A stretch of 21,271 nt of DNA. Source: Candidatus Aenigmatarchaeota archaeon. GTDB taxonomy: Archaea > Aenigmatarchaeota > Aenigmatarchaeia > QMZP01. The notes below the pieces were generated by a model, which saw nothing but the letters and a program-made list of their open reading frames with translations, was not told where the DNA came from and did not search any database. Numbering within the stretch: the first letter of the stretch is position 1; the number at the start of each line of letters is the position of its first letter. The stretch lies in assembly GCA_043824495.1 (NCBI GenBank), contig JBDRSV010000018.1, forward strand, positions 1-21,271, in the 5' to 3' direction. Both the position numbers and the translations under genes were made by a program. Shown piece after piece: positions 1-7,932 of the stretch.

Positions 1-558
1 GTTGTAATAGACCCAATAAAACTGATAGAAGAATATGGTCCAGATGCTCTTAGATATTTCTTAATTAGAGATATTCCTTTTGGTGAAGATGGAGATTTTT
101 CAGAAGATGCCCTGAAAGCAAGAATAAATGGTGAGCTTGTATCAGATTTAGGAAATTTAGTTAATAGAGTTCTTACAATTGCACAGAAATTTGATGGAGA
201 AATAAAAGGAAAAGATGAACTAAGTAGCAAACTAGATTTCAAGAAAATAGAAGATAAGATGAATAAACTAGAGCTTCACCATGCTGTTGACGAGATTTGG
301 GCTTTCATACGCGCATCAAACAAATACATAAATGACAAAGAACCTTGGAATCTGGAAGGAGATGAACTAGGTCATGTTTTGTACAATCTATTAGAGTCAC
401 TTCGTGTGATCTCTATCTTAGTTTCACCTTTCATGCCAGAAACAACGGATAAAATAAACAAGCAGCTTGAAGTCAAAGCGGGAACTCTGAAGGACTTGAA
501 ATTCAAGGATTTCAAAGGAAAGCCAAAGAAAGGTGAATTTCTTTTCACTAAAATTTAA
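1..558 (+). CDS. metG: Methionyl-tRNA synthetase, C-terminal part (5' truncated by window edge); short form without C-terminal dimerisation/tRNA-binding domain
   Basis: Frame 1 is open from base 1: VVIDPIKLIEEYGPDALRYFLIRDIPFGEDGDFSEDALKARINGELVSDLGNLVNR...NKYINDKEPW...ISILVSPFMPET, i.e. the post-KMSKS region and anticodon-binding domain of MetRS. The 259..558 ORF is its tail. Confidence 0.95.
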   Translation, partial: VVIDPIKLIEEYGPDALRYFLIRDIPFGEDGDFSEDALKARINGELVSDLGNLVNRVLTIAQKFDGEIKGKDELSSKLDFKKIEDKMNKLELHHAVDEIWAFIRASNKYINDKEPWNLEGDELGHVLYNLLESLRVISILVSPFMPETTDKINKQLEVKAGTLKDLKFKDFKGKPKKGEFLFTKI

Positions 559-644
559 TTTGCTCCTATAATTGTGATCATAATAGCTGTAATTGTTATA
601 TCCATAGTCTCAAAGATTTTCTTGCCTAAGAAGGAAAAAAGTAG

Positions 645-1193
645 CTATCTCAAAAGATCAGATTTAGAAACAATTCCAGTTACTTTACCCTTTCTCGTTA
701 CAAGTATTGCTTGATTATGTCTTAGAAGCTGTGTCATTGTTTGTAATCCAGTGCTTTCTGGAACTTGTGGGAAAGAATCTGCCATTAGATCTTCTACATC
801 AAGATCTCTAACACTCTCCAAATCGTGCTTTTCGGAAATATAATCAACAATGCTTCTCTCAGAAACGCTTCCAACACATGATCCATTATTCATAACAGGT
901 ATTTGTGATATACCGTTCTTTTTCATTAAATTTATCGCTTTCATTATTTTATCATCGCTCTTTACAGAAATTATCCTCTTTTGCATTATCTCCTCTGCAG
1001 TTGGTTGTTTTTCATTTTCTTTTCTTTCTAGAATATCTAATATAACTTTTACATTCTCGTATGAAGGATTTATCTTGCCTGCTTCCAGTTTAGCAATAAA
1101 GGATTGACTAACTTGAGCTAATCTAGCTAGATCTTTCTGTTTCAATCCCAGACTTTTTCTCCTTCTCGGTATCTCTTCAATTTCTGGTAGCAT
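645..1193 (-). CDS. Xre-type HTH plus tandem CBS-domain transcriptional regulator (archaeal COG3620-like)
   Basis: N-terminal HTH (RRKSLGLKQKDLARLAQVSQSFIAKLEAGKINPS) followed by two CBS motifs (MKKNGISQIPV...VGSVSE; GKVTGIVSKSDLL). ATG at 1193 preferred over GTG at 1205. Confidence 0.9.
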   Translation of the reverse strand: MLPEIEEIPRRRKSLGLKQKDLARLAQVSQSFIAKLEAGKINPSYENVKVILDILERKENEKQPTAEEIMQKRIISVKSDDKIMKAINLMKKNGISQIPVMNNGSCVGSVSERSIVDYISEKHDLESVRDLDVEDLMADSFPQVPESTGLQTMTQLLRHNQAILVTRKGKVTGIVSKSDLLR

Positions 1194-1329
1194 GTGTATT
1201 CCCACAGGAATATATCCCGATTTTTATAGTATTATTAATAACAATAAACTTTTAATACTTTATAAATGTTGTAGATTGTAACTAGTTTTAATCATTAAAC
1301 ACAAACATTAAGTCAACTTAACTTAATTG

Positions 1330-1926
1330 ATGATTATGAAATTGTTTCTCATTGTTATTATAATAGTTGCAATAATAGGGGCATACTTCTTGCCACAAGT
1401 AACTCTAGGTGGAGTAATAGAAAAACAAACAGAATTAATAGAAATCCCAATAAAAGTTCATGTGATTACTGATACTTCTGGTTACTATACTAGTGCAAGA
1501 GATCAAGAAAACATAGAAGAATTGTTCAAGAGAGCTAATGAAATTTTATCCCAGGCCGATATCCAACTAAATATAGATGAAATTGTTTCAACTGATGTGA
1601 GATTCGATGCAATACCAAACACAATAAATGGAAATTACGATGAAATTGTTTCACATGAAAAATACGACAAAGAGAAAATTAATTTAATTCTAACACAGAG
1701 CCTTAATGGTATTAATGGACTAGCTTTACTGGAGATAAATTCATTTTTAGTTTCAGATTTCACAACAGTGAATGATTATAGAACAATAGCTTATGAGGTT
1801 GGGCATCTTCTAGGATTAAGACATGTATCTCCTTCTAGTAGTTTAATGGCTAGAGGAAGAAACGGTGAAATCTTAACAAAAATAGAGATTGAAACAATCA
1901 GAGAAAATGCTTTAAAATTCTCTTAA
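1330..1926 (+). CDS. Membrane-anchored/secreted metzincin-like zinc metallopeptidase-fold protein (first zinc His replaced by Tyr)
   Basis: N-terminal hydrophobic segment; YEVGHLLGLRH matches HExxHxxGxxH except at position 1; a Met-turn-like SSLM follows. Start could be 1330 or 1336. Confidence 0.7.
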   Translation: MIMKLFLIVIIIVAIIGAYFLPQVTLGGVIEKQTELIEIPIKVHVITDTSGYYTSARDQENIEELFKRANEILSQADIQLNIDEIVSTDVRFDAIPNTINGNYDEIVSHEKYDKEKINLILTQSLNGINGLALLEINSFLVSDFTTVNDYRTIAYEVGHLLGLRHVSPSSSLMARGRNGEILTKIEIETIRENALKFS

Positions 1927-1991
1927 GTTCGACTAAAACCGGTTCCTTTTATAAAAAACTTTTTAAAACTTACTGTTCTATTTTAATTCGT

Positions 1992-2408
1992 ATGATAAAA
2001 CCTAGCCCTGAAGCCATCAAACTTTTTGAGGCTTTGTCTAGTAGGGGAATCACAAGCAGATTAGAAAAGGTGAGCCCCATTATCGATCTAACAATAGAGA
2101 GAGCCAAGTTAGATATAGAAATTAGTGATAGTAGACATTTTACTGATTCTGAACAAATGCAAAAAGATTTAGAGAGAAATTATTGGTCTAAAAGAGAGGG
2201 ATATGAAAAAATACATATACCTCGCCGTGTCATTGAGGAGCATCTAGATAAAGTTGCGGATTCTCTAGCAAAAGTAGCAAAGGATAGAATGAGTATACCA
2301 GTAGCAAAGGATAGAATGGGTATACCAGAAAAGAAAGAAACTCCAGGAGATGACATAAACTTCAAAAGAGATTATGGTGACACAGTTGCATATGACTATG
2401 ACCCTTAA
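1992..2408 (+). CDS. DUF559/Vsr-like endonuclease-fold protein, probably degenerate active site
   Basis: Pattern SPEAIKLFEAL...IDLTI..AKLDIEISDSRH...KDLERNYWSKREGYEKIHIP resembles the DUF559 D...ExDGxxH...D..R...L...G pattern. Confidence 0.6.
   Translation: MIKPSPEAIKLFEALSSRGITSRLEKVSPIIDLTIERAKLDIEISDSRHFTDSEQMQKDLERNYWSKREGYEKIHIPRRVIEEHLDKVADSLAKVAKDRMSIPVAKDRMGIPEKKETPGDDINFKRDYGDTVAYDYDP
2274..2327 (+). repeat. In-frame 27-bp tandem duplication (VAKDRMSIP / VAKDRMGIP)
   Basis: gtagcaaaggatagaatgagtatacca (2274-2300) and gtagcaaaggatagaatgggtatacca (2301-2327), 26/27 identical. Confidence 0.95.
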
Positions 2409-2559
2409 GTTACAAATTCTTCCACTTCAGGAATCTGAAGGATAGTATAAACGCAAAGTGAAATAGGATTCAATAACCAAAAAAACATGCTTAGATATAA
2501 CTTATGGAAAAGATATGGATACTCCTTACCAAATGATAAAATTGAGAAAATAATGAGAA

Positions 2560-2737
2560 TGGGCCCGGAGGGATTCGAATTCGTGGGACATAAGGTTTCC
2601 CTGACGTCCTCCCACGGCCACCCGGATTTCTGTCATCGCGAGTAAATTCGCTATACACGCTTTTAATGACTTTAAAAGCTTCATCGGGTTGCTCAAAACA
2701 TCCCACGGATGCTCTAACCAGACTGAGCTACGAGCCC
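2560..2737 (-). tRNA. tRNA-Lys(UUU) with three introns. Exons 2737-2706, 2679-2672, 2625-2611, 2579-2560; introns of 26 nt (30/31), 46 nt (38/39) and 31 nt (53/54)
   Basis: The spliced sequence GGGCTCGTAGCTCAGTCTGGTTAGAGCATCCGGCTTTTAACCGGGTGGCCGTGGGTTCGAATCCCTCCGGGCCCA (75 nt, no encoded CCA) folds as a cloverleaf with loop CT-TTT-AA. Each intron forms a 4-bp central helix with two 3-nt bulges (CATC/GATG, TTTT/AGAA, CGTG/CACG). Confidence 0.88.
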
Positions 2738-2859
2738 ATTCAGATCTTTATTCTCGATATATAGATCTATACTCATAATTAGTGGAATTTGTTTATTTAA
2801 ATCTAAATTTGGGATATTGGCACTCAAAAACATATAATTAAGGAAGATAATAAGATACT

Positions 2860-3801
2860 ATGGGAAAAGAGACCTATGATGTTCTGATTGTCGGAGGAGG
2901 TGCAAGCGGCCTATCTGCAGCACTTTATACTTCTAGAAGAGGTTTGAAAACACTCATTGTAACTGTTGATATTGGAGGACAATGTAATCTAACTAGTCAT
3001 ATAGAGAACTATCCTGGCATAGATAAGACATCTGGTTGGGCACTAATACAGAAAATGCAAGCACAAGTAATAGGATTCGGTACTGAAATAAAAATAGGAA
3101 AAGTGATGTCAACAGGAAAAACGAAAACAGGATTCTTTGTAAAGACAGCTGCTGGTGATAGATACGAATCTAAAAGTCTCATACTAGCTCATGGAAAAGC
3201 ACCAAAGAAAATGGGAATAAAAGGAGAGGCTACGTTCCTTGGTAAAGGAGTTTCTACTTGTATTGTATGTGATGGTCCTTTATTTAAGGGGAGAATAGTT
3301 GCCGTTGTTGGGTATTCTGCGTCTGCAGTTGAATCAGCAGACGAATTAGCTATCATAGGGAAGAAAGTTTACCTTGTTTGTGATAAAGAAAAAGTATATG
3401 GAGAGCAAGCAAGAATAGATGATCTGAAAAAGAGAAAAAATGTTGAAATACTTCTCAATACTAAACCGAAAGAAGTAAAGGGAGAGAAGTTTGTTAAGTC
3501 ATTGATTGTAACACAGGGAAAGAAATCAAGAGAAATCCAGCTTGAAGGTGTCTTTGTAGAGCTTGGTTATATTGTTGACACATCAAATGTGAAGAATTTG
3601 GTAAAGCTAAGTCCAAAAAACGAGATCATAACTGATAGAACAACAAAAACTTCTCAGCCAGGGGTTTTTGCAGCAGGTGATGTAACAGACATTCCATATA
3701 AGCAAGTTGTCATATCTGCTGGTGAAGGCGCTAAAGCTGGATTAGAAGCATATCATTTTGTCAAAGGAGATAAAGGAGTTAGAATTGATTGGGGGAAATA
3801 A
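2860..3801 (+). CDS. trxB: Thioredoxin reductase-like flavoprotein with degenerate NAD(P)H-binding motifs
   Basis: GGGASG FAD motif, GGQ...IENYPG, redox CIVC in [11 protein letters not shown]-terminal [14 protein letters not shown]...QVVISAGEG. Confidence 0.9.
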   Translation: MGKETYDVLIVGGGASGLSAALYTSRRGLKTLIVTVDIGGQCNLTSHIENYPGIDKTSGWALIQKMQAQVIGFGTEIKIGKVMSTGKTKTGFFVKTAAGDRYESKSLILAHGKAPKKMGIKGEATFLGKGVSTCIVCDGPLFKGRIVAVVGYSASAVESADELAIIGKKVYLVCDKEKVYGEQARIDDLKKRKNVEILLNTKPKEVKGEKFVKSLIVTQGKKSREIQLEGVFVELGYIVDTSNVKNLVKLSPKNEIITDRTTKTSQPGVFAAGDVTDIPYKQVVISAGEGAKAGLEAYHFVKGDKGVRIDWGK

Positions 3802-4295
3802 TGCCTGAAACAAAAAAACTCAAAATTGGAATATTCTCTTTTACAGGAGATGAAGGTTGTGTCATTACACTCATAGAAGTTTTGAATGATTATTTCTTTA
3901 AATGGAAAGATTATTTAGACATAAAATATGCTAGAGTTTTGCAGAAAAACAATACGCTGGAAGATATAGATGTGTCTATTATAGAAGGAGCAATATCAAG
4001 TAAGAGAGAAGAGAAGAAAATAAAAGAAATAAGAAAAAACTCAAAAAGAATAATAGCATTTGGTTCTTGTGCAATAAGTGGTACACCGTCCAACCATAGG
4101 AACTTCTTTGATAAGGAGAAACTAGAAGAAATAGATTTTATTGTTAAAAGATTCAAGCTTAATAAGAAGGTAGAGCCACTAAACAAATTCATAAAAGTGG
4201 ATGTAGAAGTTCCTGGCTGCCCTATAATAGAGAAAATTTTTATTGACCAAATGTATAAGTATTTTGAAGAGTTCGGAATAAAGGTTCCTAGGTAA
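3801..4295 (+). CDS. [NiFe]-hydrogenase small subunit, truncated to the proximal Fe-S cluster domain (group 3b-like)
   Basis: Motifs FTGDEGC, IEGAI, FGSCAISG, VPGCP; the protein ends about 20 aa after GCP. ATG 3801 overlaps the trxB stop (TAATG). Confidence 0.88.
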   Translation: MPETKKLKIGIFSFTGDEGCVITLIEVLNDYFFKWKDYLDIKYARVLQKNNTLEDIDVSIIEGAISSKREEKKIKEIRKNSKRIIAFGSCAISGTPSNHRNFFDKEKLEEIDFIVKRFKLNKKVEPLNKFIKVDVEVPGCPIIEKIFIDQMYKYFEEFGIKVPR

Positions 4296-4299
4296 TAAT

Positions 4300-5586
4300 A
4301 TGCACAAAACAGATGATATTGAAATAGATCAAATTAGTAAGATAGAAGGGCACTCTGATTTACACATAAAAGTGAGAGATGGTGAAGTTAAAGATGTCCA
4401 GATGATGGTAACAGAAAACAAAAGATTCTATACACAAGCAATTAGAGGAAAGAACATAAAGAATATTGCTCAGGTTGTTTCTAGAATATGTGGAACATGT
4501 AGTGTTGCTCATAACACATGCTGCATTGAAGCAATTGAGAATGCATTTCAGATAAAGCCCAGTGAACAAACAATGATTCTAAGAAATCTTACAATGAATG
4601 GTTTGATGATAAGAGATCATGCTTTACATCTGTATATATTTTCCCTGCCTGATGTCTTCAATGTAGATTCTATATTACAGTTTAACAAACAACAACACAA
4701 ATATGTGCATGATACATTCGATGTCAAAAAAGTTGGTAATAACCTATGCACCAGAGTAGCTGGAAGAGCTGTTCATCCAACACTACCTCAGGTTGGTGGT
4801 TTTCTTAAACTTCCTGACATGAAACTGTTAAAAGAATCAGTTGTAGAAATGAAAAAAATAAGACCAAGAATACTTGATTTAATTGATGTGTTTACTCAAT
4901 GTGACTTCAAATTCGAGACAGATACAGAATTTGTTGGACTTACAAATAGCGATTATAATTTCCTCGGTGGAGAAATATGTAGTAGTCAAGGACATTGTTT
5001 ACCGGAAAATCAGTTCTGGGATCATTTAGAGAGAGTTGTGCTACCTTATTCGCAAGCAACTGCATTTGAATTCGAAGGTGAAGAATATTTTGTTGGATCT
5101 TTAGCTAGAATGAATCTAAACAAGAAAAGCCTACATAAAGAAACACAAAAAGATGCGGCCAAGGCTTTGAAATTCTTCCCATCAAAGAACATGTTTCATA
5201 ATAACTTGTCTCAGGCAATAGAGATTCTGCATTGTATAGATAAATCAACTGAGATAATTGAAAAACTTGAAATAAAACCTGAAGTCAGACCAGTTATAGA
5301 ACCAAGAATGGCAAGCGGTATTGGTGTGATAGAAGCTCCTAGAGGTACATTGTACTACATGGTTACAATAAAACCAGATGGAAAAATTAGTTATGGCAAT
5401 CTAGTTATACCAAGTGCACAGAATCAAATTAAACTAAACATAGATTTGAAGAATTTCATAAATCCTATGATAAAAACACACGATAAGGATTACATAAAAC
5501 ATGAATTAGAAAAGCTGATCAGAGCTTATGATCCATGCATGTCTTGTGCAGCTCACTTCTTGAAAGTTCACTGGAATGAGAAATAA
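4300..5586 (+). CDS. [NiFe]-hydrogenase large subunit (group 3b-like)
   Basis: KIEGH, L1 RICGTC, EAPRG, L2 DPCMSCAAH, plus a cleavable C-terminal extension (FLKVHWNEK). Confidence 0.95.
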   Translation: MHKTDDIEIDQISKIEGHSDLHIKVRDGEVKDVQMMVTENKRFYTQAIRGKNIKNIAQVVSRICGTCSVAHNTCCIEAIENAFQIKPSEQTMILRNLTMNGLMIRDHALHLYIFSLPDVFNVDSILQFNKQQHKYVHDTFDVKKVGNNLCTRVAGRAVHPTLPQVGGFLKLPDMKLLKESVVEMKKIRPRILDLIDVFTQCDFKFETDTEFVGLTNSDYNFLGGEICSSQGHCLPENQFWDHLERVVLPYSQATAFEFEGEEYFVGSLARMNLNKKSLHKETQKDAAKALKFFPSKNMFHNNLSQAIEILHCIDKSTEIIEKLEIKPEVRPVIEPRMASGIGVIEAPRGTLYYMVTIKPDGKISYGNLVIPSAQNQIKLNIDLKNFINPMIKTHDKDYIKHELEKLIRAYDPCMSCAAHFLKVHWNEK

Positions 5587-6057
5587 TTACACTTCTTTGC
5601 CTTCTTTTATCCAGCCAATGTAATTGTCTAACCAGTGTTTATACGTCTCTTCAGGAAAGCGTCTTAATGATTGTAAAGAGATCATTTTTACTTTCTCTAT
5701 GTATTCTTGATCCAAATGTTTTACAGCAGGGCAATCAGGATCTATTAGAAATCTAACCGATCCGTTTTGAGGAATACCTATTAAAGGATAAGCTAAACAA
5801 TCCAGTGGTTTCATTTCTTGTGTTTTACATGTGTGTTTAGATGTTAGAAAAGGGCATTTTTTGTTTTCTAACCAGTCCTGGAAAACATAATAAACACCAT
5901 TGGGAGTTTCTTCCTTTTTGAGCTTCACACCGAATTTCTCTTTGAATATTAATGCTTCTTCTTCAGATAGAATAGGAACTCCAACAGCCTTTCTAGATTG
6001 ACAGCATTTTGCTTCACATGGAACGCAATGATCTATTAATGAAATATCTTCATTCAT
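5587..6057 (-). CDS. YkgJ-family cysteine-cluster (Fe-S/Zn) protein
   Basis: CxxCxxxCC, CPFL...C, KPxxCxxYP and CPA motifs. Confidence 0.8.
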   Translation of the reverse strand: MNEDISLIDHCVPCEAKCCQSRKAVGVPILSEEEALIFKEKFGVKLKKEETPNGVYYVFQDWLENKKCPFLTSKHTCKTQEMKPLDCLAYPLIGIPQNGSVRFLIDPDCPAVKHLDQEYIEKVKMISLQSLRRFPEETYKHWLDNYIGWIKEGKEV

Positions 6058-6070
6058 AATAATTATTGTT

Positions 6071-6454
6071 TTACAGCTTTTTAATCTCTTTTGATATTTG
6101 TTCTAGAGCCTGTTCTTTTGTGATCTTATCTGGAACACCTATTATGAATACACTTTCTAACATGTCCATTTTTCTAAGAAGTTTGAGGTTGAAACCAAGA
6201 TCATAATCGTGCATAGAATAGTTTGGAGAGAGTTCTATCTTATCTATATCCGTAAGCACTCGAACTTCTTTTATTCCGAGAATAGTGTCTATTATAACAG
6301 GGTTTCTTCCAATTACTTCTAGATTTTCTGTTGGATCTATCTCTTCGAATTCAATATCTGGGAATTTTTTAGATAGAGGTTTGATTAGTTTAAGTGGTAA
6401 ACTGTCTTGTTCTACTAAAGGATTCCCTAAAACAAATATTTTTTTTGGTTGCAT
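6071..6454 (-). CDS. Hydrogenase maturation protease-like protein (HycI/HyaD family)
   Basis: VLGNPLVEQDSL (cf. GNxLxxDDG), IIDT and SMHD motifs; adjacent to a hydrogenase carrying a C-terminal extension. Confidence 0.75.
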   Translation of the reverse strand: MQPKKIFVLGNPLVEQDSLPLKLIKPLSKKFPDIEFEEIDPTENLEVIGRNPVIIDTILGIKEVRVLTDIDKIELSPNYSMHDYDLGFNLKLLRKMDMLESVFIIGVPDKITKEQALEQISKEIKKL

Positions 6455-7365
6455 TATATAGCTCTTTCCCTGTGTTCGCTCTTTACATTAATTATTAGGA
6501 AAGCTCCTATGAGTATGACAGCTGAACCAACCAGCTGAAGTATAGGTGCTGGTTCTGCAAGGAATCCTACTCCTAGTATAAGTGTGATTACAGGAGCTAT
6601 TAGTAGAATGGTTGCAGCTTTTGATATGTTGATGTATTTCAAACTCCAGTAGAATGTGAGTATGTATCCAAATAGTATTGCAGTTGATATGAACAAGTTT
6701 ATTATCTGGTATGGTTGTAGTTCGAATAACAAATAGAATTTATTTGTGAGTAGAACTATTCCAAACAATACTAAAGCTCCGAAGAACATTCTACCAAATG
6801 AAATAACAAGGTTAGATTCTTTTAGCATCATAGCTTTCTTAGCTATTACAAGTTCTATTGCCCAGAATATGGTTGCGCCTATTATTAGGAAATCACCGAG
6901 TGCAGGATTCATCCATAAATCTGCAGGATTGATTGTTGCAGAATATAGAGTAACAGTTCCTATAATCATGAGTACAAGCGCTATTAACTGCTTCTTAGAT
7001 ATTCTTTCTCTCAAGAAAATGAATGCAAGTATTGTTGCGTATAATGGCAGAGTCTTATGTAAGAAAGCTCCACGTCCACCTGTAGTCATTGTTAATCCAG
7101 TGAAAAATAGTATGAATGCTATACCACCGCCTATAACACCGATAGCGAGCAGATATTTCCATGAAACTTTCTTGAATTTACTGTAATCAAACTTAGTGTG
7201 AATAGATGCTAGAATGAAGAATACGACACCGATTATTATAGCCCTCACAGCTGTGAATATTGTTGTGTCTAATCCAACGATGAAGATTTTGTTTGCAAAA
7301 ATAGCAAACCCACTTATTATAGCCGTCAAAAGGGCAAGTAATGTTCCAACAATTTCTTTTTTCAT
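6454..7365 (-). CDS. DMT/EamA-family transporter
   Basis: About 10 TM segments in two EamA-like repeats. Confidence 0.85.
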   Translation of the reverse strand: MKKEIVGTLLALLTAIISGFAIFANKIFIVGLDTTIFTAVRAIIIGVVFFILASIHTKFDYSKFKKVSWKYLLAIGVIGGGIAFILFFTGLTMTTGGRGAFLHKTLPLYATILAFIFLRERISKKQLIALVLMIIGTVTLYSATINPADLWMNPALGDFLIIGATIFWAIELVIAKKAMMLKESNLVISFGRMFFGALVLFGIVLLTNKFYLLFELQPYQIINLFISTAILFGYILTFYWSLKYINISKAATILLIAPVITLILGVGFLAEPAPILQLVGSAVILIGAFLIINVKSEHRERAI

Positions 7366-7398
7366 TTCAATATAACCTTAATCTTATTCTATAAAAAT

Positions 7399-7932
7399 CT
7401 AATCAAAAAAGTCCTCTGAGATATTTTTAATTTTCAAAATTTTTTTTGCTGTTTCAATATCGGTTTTCTCTGCCACAAATCCCCAGTGTGTGATCACGAG
7501 ATCACCTGTTTTTAGATTTGGTATTAGTATATTCTTGTACTCTTTCTCCTCTTTAGGGGTCTTCAGTATAACTGTTTTCTCTTTCATTTCAATTACTTGT
7601 CCTGGATAGGTTCTACATTTTTCAGGATCAAAGTCCCCCATTTCCTTATATCTCTTTTCTATTATTTCATCATGTTCTACGAGGAAATATTTTCTGATTA
7701 TGTCTGCATCTATTTCATCTTTATTTTCCTTTTTAGCAAGAAGAGTGCACATAGCTAAAGCCACTTTAAACATATTTTCTATGTTTTCAGGAAGTTCTCT
7801 GCTTTCAGAAATTCTGTTAATTAAATCATCAACAACTTCTTGTGTTGTTGATCCTCTCTGAACCAAAGTTCCTGCACATGGTATTGCATACCTGATAAAA
7901 AGTTCCCTATCTTTCACTTTCATTGGGTCCAC
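7399..7932 (-). CDS. Hydrogenase-associated protein: helical N-domain plus C-terminal HypC-like OB domain
   Basis: C-terminal CRTYPGQVIE...GDLVITHWGFVAEK resembles HypC (C..P..V...GDYVLVHxGFA); N-terminus has ELFIRYAIPC. Confidence 0.55.
   Translation of the reverse strand: MDPMKVKDRELFIRYAIPCAGTLVQRGSTTQEVVDDLINRISESRELPENIENMFKVALAMCTLLAKKENKDEIDADIIRKYFLVEHDEIIEKRYKEMGDFDPEKCRTYPGQVIEMKEKTVILKTPKEEKEYKNILIPNLKTGDLVITHWGFVAEKTDIETAKKILKIKNISEDFFD

Noticed and set aside
2621-2640. Alternative anticodon parses (GAA Phe, GAT Ile, GAC Val, CGC Ala)
   Set aside because: None gives a C32/U33 loop with a paired stem and valid BHB junctions; only UUU satisfies both the cloverleaf and all splice motifs.
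2491-2706. 71-aa ORF on the minus strand
   Set aside because: It runs through the tRNA-Lys introns and exons, so it is incidental.
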